Assembly (NCBI GenBank): GCA_964658225.1
Contig: CAZZYH010000003.1
Coordinates: 491-64,490 of the forward strand
Direction: 5' to 3'
DNA: 64,000 nucleotides
DNA from: Vulcanimicrobiota bacterium
GTDB lineage: Bacteria; Acidobacteriota; Terriglobia; Terriglobales; Acidobacteriaceae
How positions within the stretch are numbered: the first letter of the stretch is position 1; each line of letters opens with the position of its first letter. Below the pieces are notes generated by a model. The model saw only the letters and a list, made by a program, of their open reading frames with translations, was not told the origin of the DNA and did no database searches. Below, piece after piece: positions 48,737-58,455 of the stretch. The position numbers and the translations under genes are program-made.

Positions 48737-49126
48737 TCAGGCCGACTCGAGCACAATATTTGCGTACTGCACCGTATCCCCGGTGCGAATCAACCCGATC
48801 GCTCCCGGCACCCGCAGCTTCAGGTCGGAATGCGGCTCGAAGACCAGCGGGATGCCCTGCAGCGTCCTCTCCACCTGCTGCACGGCTGCTGCTCCGTTCG
48901 CCGCCCGAAACTCTTCTGCCATCCAGGCATGCCCGGCCTGCCACTCCTTGATGACCGCCTCGAGCGCCTGCTGCACGGTGGGAATATCATCGACCAGCGC
49001 GAGGTCGACCGTCTCGATCTGCGGCCAGAACGGAAACCCTCGATCGGCAATGACCAGCGTGTTGGTGTGGCGGACCCGGGCTAGCAGAGATCGCAGTGCC
49101 GGGTTCAAAATGCCTTGCGTCAACAA
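48737..49126 (-). CDS. RbsD/FucU family sugar mutarotase (D-ribose pyranase / L-fucose mutarotase)
   Basis: ILNPALRSLLARVRHTNTLVIADRGFPFW matches the RbsD/FucU N-terminal pattern (H..TL.I.DAG.P.). I chose the TTG at 49126, 6 nt after AAGGAG. A GTG at 49141 is also in frame. The 214 aa ORF is mostly upstream read-through. Confidence 0.7.
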   Translation of the reverse strand: MLTQGILNPALRSLLARVRHTNTLVIADRGFPFWPQIETVDLALVDDIPTVQQALEAVIKEWQAGHAWMAEEFRAANGAAAVQQVERTLQGIPLVFEPHSDLKLRVPGAIGLIRTGDTVQYANIVLESA

Positions 49127-49450
49127 AGGGCTCTCCTTCACAAGACGATCTGGAGCGCCCGCAACCGCCGGGCCAGTGGGTCTTGCAAGAGTGAATGTAA
49201 CAGGGAATCGGAACGGGGAATCGAAGACGGCCGGAGGCGGTCTCGCGCTCCAGAGCCTCGGTATCGCCCGCGCCGCCGGTTTGCGTTGATCCCCCGGGAG
49301 AGCGCCGGGCGATCGACCGGCAAGTGAGCCCGGGGGTGCCTTTCGATTCGACAAGCGACGGGCAAAGCGCCGCAAAGGCATAGGGGCAGATTTACCATCA
49401 ATGCTTTAGCTGCTTGCGGCTCGATGCGAGTACGTACCGGAGACGAGGCG

Positions 49451-50224
49451 ATGAAAGCGGTCATCCTGGCGGGGGGCTTAGGCAGCAGGCTGAGCGAAGA
49501 GACCGCGCTCCGCCCCAAGCCCATGGTCGAGGTAGGCGAGCGTCCGATCCTGTGGCACATCATGAACATCTACTCGGCCCACGGGATCCATGACTTTGTG
49601 ATCTGCCTGGGATACAAGGGCAACGTCATCAAGGACTACTTCGCCAACTACTTCCTTTACTCGGCCGATGTGACCATCGACCTGACCAAGAACGAGATCA
49701 CCTACCCTCGCAACGTGACCGAGCCCTGGCGGATCACCCTTGTCGATACCGGGATCAAGACCATGACCGGCGGCCGGCTCAAGCGCGTGCTCCCCTATGT
49801 CGCTGACCAGGATGCGTTCTGTTTTACCTATGGCGACGGCCTGGCGGACGTCAACATTACGGAATCGATCGCGTTTCATCGCCGCCAGGGTACGCTCGCC
49901 ACCGTCACCGCGACCCAGCCCTCGGGCCGGTTCGGAGGGCTGGGCCTGGGCGAAAACTCGCGCGTGACCTCGTTCGCAGAAAAGCCGAAAGGCGACAATC
50001 GATGGGTCAATGGCGGCTTCTTCGTGCTCTCGCCGCGGGTAGGCGAGTACATCGAAGATGATGCGACCACGTGGGAAAGCGAGCCGCTGCAGAGACTGGC
50101 CGCCGAGGGGCAACTCTCCGCCTACCATCATGCCGGCTTCTTCCAGCCCATGGATACCATCCACGACCGCAGCGTGCTCGAAGCGCACTGGGCCTCGGGC
50201 GCCGCTCCCTGGAAGGTCTGGTAG
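49451..50224 (+). CDS. rfbF: Glucose-1-phosphate cytidylyltransferase
   Basis: MKAVILAGGLGSRLSEET..RPKPMVE.G.RPILWHIM and the C-terminal WESEPL...L.AY.H.GFWQPMDT-like sequence. Confidence 0.9.
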   Translation: MKAVILAGGLGSRLSEETALRPKPMVEVGERPILWHIMNIYSAHGIHDFVICLGYKGNVIKDYFANYFLYSADVTIDLTKNEITYPRNVTEPWRITLVDTGIKTMTGGRLKRVLPYVADQDAFCFTYGDGLADVNITESIAFHRRQGTLATVTATQPSGRFGGLGLGENSRVTSFAEKPKGDNRWVNGGFFVLSPRVGEYIEDDATTWESEPLQRLAAEGQLSAYHHAGFFQPMDTIHDRSVLEAHWASGAAPWKVW

Positions 50225-50228
50225 GCAT

Positions 50229-51311
50229 ATGGACTGGAAGGGCAGGCGGGTCTTCCTGACGGGCCATACCGGCTTTAAAGGGAGCTGGCTTTCGCTTTGG
50301 CTGCAGACCAGGGGAGCCATCGTGCGAGGCTACTCGCTTGAGCCGCCTGCCTCGCCGAATCTGTATGCAGCAGCCAGGGTCGCCGAGGACATGGAGTCCT
50401 GCCTCGGCGATATTCGCGACCAGGCCCACCTGCAGCGTGAGCTCACGGCCTTCCACCCCGAAATCGTCCTGCACCTGGCCGCGCAGGCCCTGGTGCGGCT
50501 CTCCTATGCGCGCCCGATCGAGACCTATGCGACCAACGTGATGGGAACCGCCAACCTGCTCGAGGCAGTGCGCGCTGCGCGCACCGTGCGCTCGGTGGTC
50601 ATCGTTACGACCGACAAGTGCTACGCGAATCAGGAGTGGGTCTGGCCTTACCGCGAAAGCGACCCTCTGGGCGGCCGCGACCCCTACAGCAGCAGCAAGG
50701 CGGCGGCTGAACTGGTCACCTCCGCTTACCGAAGCTCGTTCTTCTCTCCCGAGCAGCATGCGACGCACGGGGTGGCGCTCGCCTCGGCGCGGGCAGGCAA
50801 TGTGATCGGCGGTGGGGACTGGGCGGCCGACCGCTTGCTCCCCGACATGATGCGCTCGCTCGTCGCCGGCCCCCCGCTGCGCATCCGCCACCCCGACGCG
50901 GTGCGCCCCTGGCAACATGTCCTCGAGCCACTCTTTGGCTACCTGCTTTTGGCCGAGGCACTCTTTGACCATGGCGCGGGCTTCGGGGACGCGTGGAACT
51001 TTGGTCCGCATGCCGCCGAGGCCGTGTCCGTGAGCAGCATGGCCGAGCGCATCGCGGCTTTGTGGCAGGACACCGGCCGCCCGGCCGTTGCCTGGGAGCG
51101 CGACGACCGGCCCGCATGGCATGAAGCCGGCCTGCTGCGACTGGACTGCTCCAAGGCGGCCAAAGAACTAGGCTGGCGGCCTCGCCTGTCCCTCGACGAG
51201 GCGCTCCGGTCCACCGTCGCCTGGTATGCAGCCTGGGCCGGCGGCATGAACATGCGCGACTTTACGCTCTCCCAGATCGCGCAGTACCAGGACCTGGTTG
51301 CCTCCGTTTGA
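50229..51311 (+). CDS. rfbG: CDP-glucose 4,6-dehydratase
   Basis: VFLTGHTGFKGSWL, the SDR catalytic YSSSK, and RPWQHVLEPL. The ATG at 50229 is 5 nt after the rfbF stop. Confidence 0.9.
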   Translation: MDWKGRRVFLTGHTGFKGSWLSLWLQTRGAIVRGYSLEPPASPNLYAAARVAEDMESCLGDIRDQAHLQRELTAFHPEIVLHLAAQALVRLSYARPIETYATNVMGTANLLEAVRAARTVRSVVIVTTDKCYANQEWVWPYRESDPLGGRDPYSSSKAAAELVTSAYRSSFFSPEQHATHGVALASARAGNVIGGGDWAADRLLPDMMRSLVAGPPLRIRHPDAVRPWQHVLEPLFGYLLLAEALFDHGAGFGDAWNFGPHAAEAVSVSSMAERIAALWQDTGRPAVAWERDDRPAWHEAGLLRLDCSKAAKELGWRPRLSLDEALRSTVAWYAAWAGGMNMRDFTLSQIAQYQDLVASV

Positions 51312-51347
51312 CGGTAAGTCGCTCCGAGAGGGTGAGGAAGAGACCGC

Positions 51348-52685
51348 ATGCAGCGAGCCGACGCATTGAGAAAAGAGATTCACGACCTGGTCGCCGCGTA
51401 CCACCGGGAAGCATTCCCGCAAAAGGGCTTTCAGCCGGGCATCTCCGCGGTGCCGGTCTCCGGCCGCGTCTTTGACGAGCAGGACCTCCAGCACCTGGTC
51501 GAGGCGTCGCTCGATTTCTGGCTCACCACAGGGCGCTTTGCCGAGCAGTTCGAGCGTGCCTTTGCCCGGCGCGTGGGCGTGCGCGAGGCCCGGCTGGTGA
51601 ACTCCGGTTCCTCGGCAAACCTGGTCGCGGTCTCCGCGCTGACCTCGCCCACGCTCGGCGAGCGGCAGCTCAGGCCGGGAGACGAGGTCATCACCGTGGC
51701 CGCAGGCTTCCCGACCACGGTCAATCCCATCCTGCAGAACGGGCTGGTGCCTGTATTCATCGACGTCGAACTGGGAAACTACAACGTCGATGTGAGCCAG
51801 CTCGAAGCGGCGCTCAGCCCTCGGACCCGTGCGATGATCTTCGCCCACACGCTGGGCAACCCCTTTAACGCGGTAGCCGTGGAGCGGTTTGCGCGGCAGC
51901 ACGACCTATGGCTCATCGAGGACTGCTGTGATGCGCTGGGGGCCGCGCTTCACGGGCAGGGCGTGGGCACGTTCGGTGATATGGCCACCTTCAGCTTTTA
52001 CCCGGCGCACCACATCACCATGGGGGAAGGCGGCTGTGTCGTCACCGGGAAACCGGCGCTGGCCAGGCTGATCGAATCCTTCCGGGACTGGGGCCGCGAC
52101 TGCTGGTGCGCCCCCGGCAGAGACAACACCTGCGGCAAGCGCTTTGACTGGCAGCTCGGCACCCTGCCCTGTGGCTACGATCACAAATACACGTACTCGC
52201 ATATCGGCTATAACCTGAAGGTGACCGATATGCAGGCGGCCGTCGGCCTCTCGCAGCTCGACAAGCTGGATGGATTTATCGCCGCGCGGCGCGCCAACTT
52301 CGCTCGCCTGCACGCCGCGCTAACCCCCAACCAGGAGGTCTACCTGCTCCCCCAGACCGAGGCGGGCAGCGATCCAAGCTGGTTCGGCTTCCCGGTTGCC
52401 GTCCGCCCCGAGTCCGGTCTCCAGCGCGATCCCATCCTGCGCATGCTGGAACAGAAGAAAATCGGCACGCGCCTGCTCTTTGGCGGCAATCTCACCCGGC
52501 AGCCCGCTTACAAAGAAGCCAAGTTTCGCGTCGTCGGCGACCTGGCGCGTACCGACTACGTGATGCACAACGTCTTCTGGGTCGGGGTCTACCCCGGACT
52601 CCGGGACGAGATGATCGACTACATCGCAGCCTCACTCGCAGAGGCTGCGCGAGCAAAGCAGCAGACCCGCTGCGTCATCCTTTAG
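51348..52685 (+). CDS. rfbH: CDP-6-deoxy-D-xylo-4-hexulose-3-dehydrase (E1; RfbH/DdhC/AscC)
   Basis: DegT/DnrJ/EryC1 fold, with His-His ([13 protein letters not shown]) where aminotransferases have the Schiff-base Lys. It carries the E1 Fe-S cysteine spacing C-x57-C-x-C-x7-C (..DCC..57..[12 protein letters not shown]), which I counted directly. Confidence 0.9.
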   Translation: MQRADALRKEIHDLVAAYHREAFPQKGFQPGISAVPVSGRVFDEQDLQHLVEASLDFWLTTGRFAEQFERAFARRVGVREARLVNSGSSANLVAVSALTSPTLGERQLRPGDEVITVAAGFPTTVNPILQNGLVPVFIDVELGNYNVDVSQLEAALSPRTRAMIFAHTLGNPFNAVAVERFARQHDLWLIEDCCDALGAALHGQGVGTFGDMATFSFYPAHHITMGEGGCVVTGKPALARLIESFRDWGRDCWCAPGRDNTCGKRFDWQLGTLPCGYDHKYTYSHIGYNLKVTDMQAAVGLSQLDKLDGFIAARRANFARLHAALTPNQEVYLLPQTEAGSDPSWFGFPVAVRPESGLQRDPILRMLEQKKIGTRLLFGGNLTRQPAYKEAKFRVVGDLARTDYVMHNVFWVGVYPGLRDEMIDYIAASLAEAARAKQQTRCVIL

Positions 52686-52743
52686 GCAGGCCAGCGCTCC
52701 CATCAGGGGGCGTGACCGACCGGCGGCGCGGTCCTGGCCCGCC

Positions 52744-53835
52744 TTACTCGGCCCCATCACTCGGCAGCGCGTAATAGCCTTTGCGCGCCTGCACCTTCAG
52801 CCCGTCGCCCTTGCACTGGACCGAAACGGGGCGATAACTTCCGTCGAGCCTGGAATCCGTAGGCGTGTAACTCGCCACATACTGCGTGCGCAACTCCGCC
52901 TCGATCTGCGCGAACGCGTCTTCCATCTTTTTGCCGTTGTTCCCGACGTCGATCATGCGTCCGCCGGTCTCCTCCGCCATCCTGCGCATCGCGCTCGGGC
53001 CGTTGTACCCGCCCAGCATGATCGAGCCGTTGTTATAGAACCCGCGATCGGCAATCAACAGCACGTAGATAATGGCGTTCGCCTTCTGCGCAGCTTCGAT
53101 CGCGTCCTGGATGCGGTACTTTGAGCCCTGGTCGCCGCCATCGGTTAACAGGATCAGCGCCTTGCGCCCGGTCTCGGTGCGCAGCTTGTCGCCCGAGGCC
53201 AGGTAGACCGCGTCATAGAGCAGGGTGCCCTTCGGCGTGCCATGCGTCGGCACCGGTCCCTGGCCGATCCCCGGAACGCCGCTCGCGCCATTGCCGCCGG
53301 CCGTGTTGATCTCCGCCTTGTTCATCGCGCGGGCCAGCTTGGAGGCGTTGCTGGTGTAGTCCTCGAGCAGGTTCACATCCACGTCAAACGAGATCAGGAA
53401 CGCCTCGTCTTTCTCCCGCAGGATGCGCTTGAGGAATGCGGAGCCGGTCTGCTGCTCCATGGGCAGCACGTACTCCTGCGAGCCGGAGGTGTCGAGCAGG
53501 ATGCCGAGGGTGAGCGGCTGGTCGGCCTCGGCCGCGAAGTTGCGCAGTTTCTGCGGCTGCTTGTTCTCAAAGACCGTGCAATCGTCCTTGGTCAACGAAG
53601 GGATCAGCGCGCCGCGCTTGTCCTTGACCGTAAAGTAGAGGCTGACCAGGTTGGCCTGGACCTTCAGGGTCGCGACCGGCGCGTTCTGGTCCTCCTCCTG
53701 CGCTGGTGGGGGCGCGGTGCTCATGGGCGCCGCGTCCGGGCTCGGCGCCGACTGCGCCCATCCGCTTCGAGACAAGCCGGTTGCGGCGAGCGTAGACAGG
53801 GTCGCGAGGCAGGCAAAGCGCAGCAGGGCGTGCAT
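52744..53835 (-). CDS. Secreted VWA-domain protein (acidobacterial VWFA-related type)
   Basis: Signal peptide. N-terminal beta domain LKVQANLVSLYFTVKDKRG..I..L..DDF.V.EN. Canonical MIDAS DTSGS. C-terminal YVASYTP......YR.V.V.......V.ARKGYYA. Confidence 0.75.
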   Translation of the reverse strand: MHALLRFACLATLSTLAATGLSRSGWAQSAPSPDAAPMSTAPPPAQEEDQNAPVATLKVQANLVSLYFTVKDKRGALIPSLTKDDCTVFENKQPQKLRNFAAEADQPLTLGILLDTSGSQEYVLPMEQQTGSAFLKRILREKDEAFLISFDVDVNLLEDYTSNASKLARAMNKAEINTAGGNGASGVPGIGQGPVPTHGTPKGTLLYDAVYLASGDKLRTETGRKALILLTDGGDQGSKYRIQDAIEAAQKANAIIYVLLIADRGFYNNGSIMLGGYNGPSAMRRMAEETGGRMIDVGNNGKKMEDAFAQIEAELRTQYVASYTPTDSRLDGSYRPVSVQCKGDGLKVQARKGYYALPSDGAE

Positions 53836-54136
53836 GCTGCTTTAGACGAGGGGCGCAAGCGAAAAGCTGCGCGCACCCTCGTGTCCCGTTCAGGGAATCG
53901 GCGCGCGGTCCGGCGCAGCCCGTGCGCGCCCGGTGGTACTCTGATCGGGACCGCTGTGCGTCCAAAGAGAGCAGAGCGTTCCTGCGAAATCCGGACGGCG
54001 CGGGCCAGGGCGAGCGGTTTTTACCCGGCCCGCAAGGCGCATCGATACGGAACGCATCTAGATACGTCATACGTCATGGCGCGCTGCACTTGTTGCCGCC
54101 CCGGCAAATTTGTTGGTTTTTGGAGATAGGTCTGTG

Positions 54137-55444
54137 ATGCAAGGCGCGTTCGCACTGGTAATGGCTGTATTCCTGGCTGGGGCCGCCCAGCAGCAGCAGA
54201 GCATCCCCGATGCGCCGACGCCCCAGCCTGCGAGCACGACCGGCCTGGGCGACTTGAAGCAGGAGGTGACGCCCGGCAGGGGAGCGGAACCCGCGCCCCC
54301 GCCCCACAGCTATGCGCCCGGTGAGAACCAGGCCGCGGACCCCGCCGGTTCTTCTTCCGCAGAGCCTGGACAGAGCCTGGCCCCCGCCGGCTCCACGCCC
54401 CCGCAGCAGGAGGCGCCCGAGATCCCCGCGGCCGGCACCGGCCAGCCGACCGTGCTCCGTATCCCGGTCAACGAAGTGATCGTTCCCGTGTCGATCCGCG
54501 ACAAGAAAGGCGCGCTGGTGCCGGCGATTGACTGGCGCAACTTCCGCGTCTACGAGGACGGCGTTCGCCAGAAGATCGTCTTCTTCACGACCGAACCCTC
54601 CGCGCTCTCGGTCGCCTTCGTCGTCGACCAGAGCCTGCCCTCCGACATCATGAGCCGCGTCAACGAGAGCCTCGGCGCGGTTACCGGCGCGTTTACCCCG
54701 GCCGACACCGTCGCCGTGTTCACCTACAACAGCAGCCCCCGGCAGATCACCGACTTTACCGGCGCCCAGGGCAATCGCCTGCCGGTTGCGCTGGCCAGCG
54801 CCAAGGCGCCGGGCCGCGATATGGGCGTGGTCTCTCCGGGTGGTCCGATGGATAACGGTCCCGTGATCAACGACAAGGTCGTTGACCCCAACCTGAGCCC
54901 GCAGCACGGGCAGAATATCGGCTTCAGCCGCCTGCCCAAGGACTATCACCCGCTCAACGACGCGATCCTGGCAGCCGCCACTGCCCTGGCCAAGCAGCCG
55001 AAGGAACGCCGCCGCGTTATCTATATCATCTCCGATGGCAAGGAACAGGGCTCGAAGGCCTCCTACAAGGAGGTCGTCCGCTTCCTGCTGACCAACAACA
55101 TCACGCTCTCGGGCACCCTGGTGGGCGACTCGGCGGTCTGGGGCCTGGGCTACCTGGACAAGAAGCACATTCCCTTCCTGCCGACGATGCGGGACAACCT
55201 GCTGCCCAAGTACCAGCTGGCCACCGGCGGCACCCTCGATGCCGAGGTGTCTGAGAATGGCATCCAGCGCTCCTTCGCCAAGATCACCGACGCCACCCGC
55301 CAGCAGTACACGCTCGGTTACACCAGCACCGCCGGCGTGCTGGCCAGCCGCTTCCACACCATCGAGGTGCGCGTGGAGGGTATTCCGAACCTCGAGATCA
55401 CGGCGCGCGACGGGTACTACCCTTCCTCCACGGAGAGCCGCTAG
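54137..55444 (+). CDS. Secreted VWA-domain protein (acidobacterial VWFA-related type), a paralog with a long Pro/Ala-rich N-terminal linker
   Basis: It has the same architecture as 52744..53835 (VNEVIVPVSIRDKKG..V......FRVYEDG, ...YTLGYTS......H.IEVRV.......ARDGYY). The MIDAS position reads DQSLP, which is non-canonical. Confidence 0.75.
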   Translation: MQGAFALVMAVFLAGAAQQQQSIPDAPTPQPASTTGLGDLKQEVTPGRGAEPAPPPHSYAPGENQAADPAGSSSAEPGQSLAPAGSTPPQQEAPEIPAAGTGQPTVLRIPVNEVIVPVSIRDKKGALVPAIDWRNFRVYEDGVRQKIVFFTTEPSALSVAFVVDQSLPSDIMSRVNESLGAVTGAFTPADTVAVFTYNSSPRQITDFTGAQGNRLPVALASAKAPGRDMGVVSPGGPMDNGPVINDKVVDPNLSPQHGQNIGFSRLPKDYHPLNDAILAAATALAKQPKERRRVIYIISDGKEQGSKASYKEVVRFLLTNNITLSGTLVGDSAVWGLGYLDKKHIPFLPTMRDNLLPKYQLATGGTLDAEVSENGIQRSFAKITDATRQQYTLGYTSTAGVLASRFHTIEVRVEGIPNLEITARDGYYPSSTESR

Positions 55445-55518
55445 CCACACCGCTCCGGCTGAACGCGAAAAAGGGCAGGCCGTCAGGCCTGCCCTTTTTC
55501 GCTTCCGCAATGCCAGAC

Positions 55519-56694
55519 CTACCGCACCGCGATGACTTCCTTGCTGCTGGCCGCTTCCTTGAGAGCCGCTGCTTTATCGGTCTTCTCCCAGCGAAACTCC
55601 GGCTCGTGCCGCCCGAAGTGACCATACGCCGCGGTCTGGCGGTAGATCGGCCGGCGCAGATCGAGGCTCTCGATGATGCCCTTCGGCGTGAGCTGGAAGT
55701 GGGCCCGCACCAGCTGCTGCAGCTCGCCTGCGGGCAACTTGCCGGTGCCGAAGGTATCGACCAGCACGGAGACCGGCTCGACCACGCCGATCGCGTAGGC
55801 CAGTTGCACCTCGCAGCGATCCGCCAGCTCGGCGGCGACGATGTTCTTTGCGATGTAGCGCGCCATGTAGGCGGCCGAGCGATCCACCTTCGTCGGATCC
55901 TTGCCCGAGAAGGCGCCGCCGCCATGGCGGCCCATGCCGCCATAGGTATCGACGATGATCTTGCGCCCGGTCAGCCCGGTATCGCCCATCGGGCCGCCAA
56001 TCACGAAGCGCCCCGTCGGGTTGATGTGGTACTTCGTATCCTCGTCGAGCAGGTGGGCGGGAATGACGAACTGGATGACGTGCTTGAGGATATCGGCGCG
56101 CAGCTGGTCGGTGGTGACCGTCTCGGCGTGCTGGGTCGAGATGACGACCGCGTCCACGCGCGTGGGTTTGCCGGCCTGATCGTACTCCACGGTGACCTGC
56201 GATTTGCCGTCCGGCCGCAGGTAGGGGAGTCTGCCGCTCTTGCGCGCCTCGGTGAGCCGTCGCGCCAGCTTGTGCGCAAGCGAGATGGGCAGCGGCATCA
56301 ACTCTTCCGTCTCGTTGGTTGCGTAGCCGAACATCATGCCCTGGTCGCCGGCGCCGCCCGTATCGACACCCATCGCAATGTCGCCCGACTGCTTGTTGAT
56401 CGAGGAGATGACCGCGCAAGTGTTCGAGTCAAAGCCGTAGAGCGCGTTGTCGTAACCGATCGAGGCCACCACGCCACGAACCAGCGACTGGAAGTCGACA
56501 TAGGCCTGCGTGGTGATCTCGCCGGCAATGACCACCAGGCCGGTCGCCGTCAGGGTCTCGCAGGCAACGCGCGAGTAGGCGTCCTGCTCGAGGCAGGCGT
56601 CGAGGATCGCGTCCGAAATCTGATCCGCAATCTTGTCGGGGTGTCCCTCGGTGACCGACTCCGAGGTGAAGAGAAACTTATCGCGTGTGGACAA
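55519..56694 (-). CDS. metK: S-adenosylmethionine synthase
   Basis: Motifs: [63 protein letters not shown] start at 56694, 8 nt after GGAGGA. There is no in-frame ATG near the conserved N-terminus. Confidence 0.95.
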   Translation of the reverse strand: MSTRDKFLFTSESVTEGHPDKIADQISDAILDACLEQDAYSRVACETLTATGLVVIAGEITTQAYVDFQSLVRGVVASIGYDNALYGFDSNTCAVISSINKQSGDIAMGVDTGGAGDQGMMFGYATNETEELMPLPISLAHKLARRLTEARKSGRLPYLRPDGKSQVTVEYDQAGKPTRVDAVVISTQHAETVTTDQLRADILKHVIQFVIPAHLLDEDTKYHINPTGRFVIGGPMGDTGLTGRKIIVDTYGGMGRHGGGAFSGKDPTKVDRSAAYMARYIAKNIVAAELADRCEVQLAYAIGVVEPVSVLVDTFGTGKLPAGELQQLVRAHFQLTPKGIIESLDLRRPIYRQTAAYGHFGRHEPEFRWEKTDKAAALKEAASSKEVIAVR

Positions 56695-57106
56695 TGGGTG
56701 CTTCCTCCGTGGCGCGGGGCTCGAACGCGGAGCTCGCCCGGCCGGCGCTGGCTGCCCGGGTGCGCGGCAGCTGGGACACAGGCAGAGGCAAAGCTCTCGG
56801 GCCGGCAGCATCGGTTCAGGAGGCCGGCCCGGGTGTTCAGCGCTAACGCATCTAGCTGGCTATGCTACTAGAGCGCAGCGGGGCAGAGCAAAGCCGCACA
56901 ACGGAATGGCGCGCACGGGGCGGCGAGCGGGCGTTGCGGGGTTCGAGCGGGGGAAGCGTGAGACCGTGCGCCTTCCCAGGGCCGTCGTCGAACGGGGATC
57001 AGGGTCCCAGCCCGGGAGCGTGACCGGCCGGAAAGAGTCGCCGGAAAGAGCCCCCCGGGGGAAAGAGCCGCCGGAACGAGCCGCGGTCTTCGAGAACCCG
57101 TGGTGC

Positions 57107-57598
57107 TCAGCGAACGGCCGGTTCTTTGCCCGGCCGCGCCACACCGCGGTCCGGGAGGACCAGCACAAGCAAGCCTGCGAGCAGCAGAGCATTCATGCCG
57201 CCGAAGCAGAGCACGTAGCGCACATAGTTGGCGGCCAGGTCGGGCAGCGTGGCGAAGCCCTGCAAAAAGAGGGTGTCCGCCAGGCTCATGCTCCAGGGAA
57301 AGGTAAAGAGCGTGAGCTGGGCCAGCGCGCCTTCAAAGCGCTGACTGCCGAGCATGCCGTAGACGCAGATCAGGTGCAGCAGGGTCCAGTACCCGGCTGC
57401 TCCCCAAAGCACAGCGGGCCGCGGCGTACGGGCAGCCAGGAAGCGGCAGAGCAGCAGGCTCCATGCCAGCGACACGAGCAGAAAGGCGGTTGCATAGCTG
57501 CGAGGGTCGAATGCGGGCATGGCTAACGGTATCGTGTATCGGCCTGAGAGCGGGCCAGGAAAAGGGGATCGACCGGGCAAAAGCCGCGGCGCGCTCAC
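57107..57598 (-). CDS. Small integral membrane protein, hypothetical
   Basis: About four hydrophobic segments. The start is ambiguous: a GTG at 57598 overlaps the upstream stop (GTGA), and an ATG at 57520 is also possible. Confidence 0.5.
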   Translation of the reverse strand: MSAPRLLPGRSPFPGPLSGRYTIPLAMPAFDPRSYATAFLLVSLAWSLLLCRFLAARTPRPAVLWGAAGYWTLLHLICVYGMLGSQRFEGALAQLTLFTFPWSMSLADTLFLQGFATLPDLAANYVRYVLCFGGMNALLLAGLLVLVLPDRGVARPGKEPAVR

Positions 57599-58110
57599 GC
57601 CGGGGAGGCGTCCCTCGGCAGGTCGCGGGCAAGCAGGCAGGGCTGTATGGCGCGAGAGACGGCGTGCCCGGAGGTCGCTTGCTGCTCGGTCCGAGCACCC
57701 ACCACCCGCGCCACGTACCAGCTGAACAGGGCGAGCACGGTCAGCAGCAGGGCAACGCCGGCCCAGCGCATCCGCTGCGTCGATCGAGACTCGTCCGGTT
57801 TGCGCGCCCGGCCGATGTTCTCGGCAAACGCCATCCAGGCCACGTCGTCGTCCTTCAGCTTGCCGCTCTGGTGGTAGGCAGACAGGTAGCGGCGCACCCA
57901 GGCCTCTTCGTCCAGGCCAACGGCGCGCGCATAGCCCCGGACCATGCCCTTGCTCAGCACCCCACCGGGAAGCACGTCAAAGCGCTCTTCTTCGAGAGCG
58001 ACCAGGTGACGCTCGCTGATCTTGGTGATCCCGGTGATAATCCCGAGTGCGATCCCGCGCGACTCACGCTCCCTGCGCAGCTCGTGACCAAACTGGCTCA
58101 TACTCATCAT
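57595..58110 (-). CDS. RodZ-like helix-turn-helix (HTH_25) bitopic membrane protein
   Basis: FGHELRRERESRGI.L..I...TKIS.RHL.ALEEERFD.LPGGV..KG.VR.YARAVGLD, followed by one TM segment (WAGVALLLTVLALFSWYV). The start is ambiguous among clustered ATGs at 58143..58101. Confidence 0.6.
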   Translation of the reverse strand: MMSMSQFGHELRRERESRGIALGIITGITKISERHLVALEEERFDVLPGGVLSKGMVRGYARAVGLDEEAWVRRYLSAYHQSGKLKDDDVAWMAFAENIGRARKPDESRSTQRMRWAGVALLLTVLALFSWYVARVVGARTEQQATSGHAVSRAIQPCLLARDLPRDASPA

Positions 58111-58455
58111 CCCGCACAAGGAATCTACGCTGCTTCTCATCACCTTATGACTCCCAATTCCAATGCGTCAAAGGAAATGGGGATTTACTAGTGACATTCG
58201 GTACACCTGCCGCCATCTTTTCGGCGGTTTGTTCCCGTTTTGGATCGTTCCCGGCGCGTCAGCCCCGCAGCCCTGCAGAAAGTGCATTTGCTACACTCGT
58301 TGGCAGGCACCACGGTTTGCTCCGAGGCGCTCTCGGCGTGCTCCCTGCTATCGACCAGAGATGCGTTTTGCTTCAGTGCTGGTGCATTGAAATTCCGCCA
58401 CGGTCATCCTGCACAGCCACCCGTGCAAAACACGAAGGGTCCAAACAGACCAGGT

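Noticed and set aside
47293-48756. 487-aa minus-strand ORF spanning the peroxiredoxin region
   Set aside because: It is antisense to a textbook 1-Cys peroxiredoxin, extends into non-coding DNA, and has off-frame composition.
54074-56871. Two long ORFs: 54074..55510 minus strand (478 aa) and 55510..56871 plus strand (453 aa)
   Set aside because: They are antisense to the VWA gene and to metK respectively. Both have off-frame composition (R/G/A/L/D runs), and the sense genes carry unambiguous motifs.
56695-56900. SAM riboswitch upstream of metK
   Set aside because: The conserved SAM-I blocks and a convincing SAM-II/IV/SAM-SAH pattern are not visible on the metK-sense strand. Only generic GC hairpins are present. 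I kept it as a low-interest finding, not a feature.
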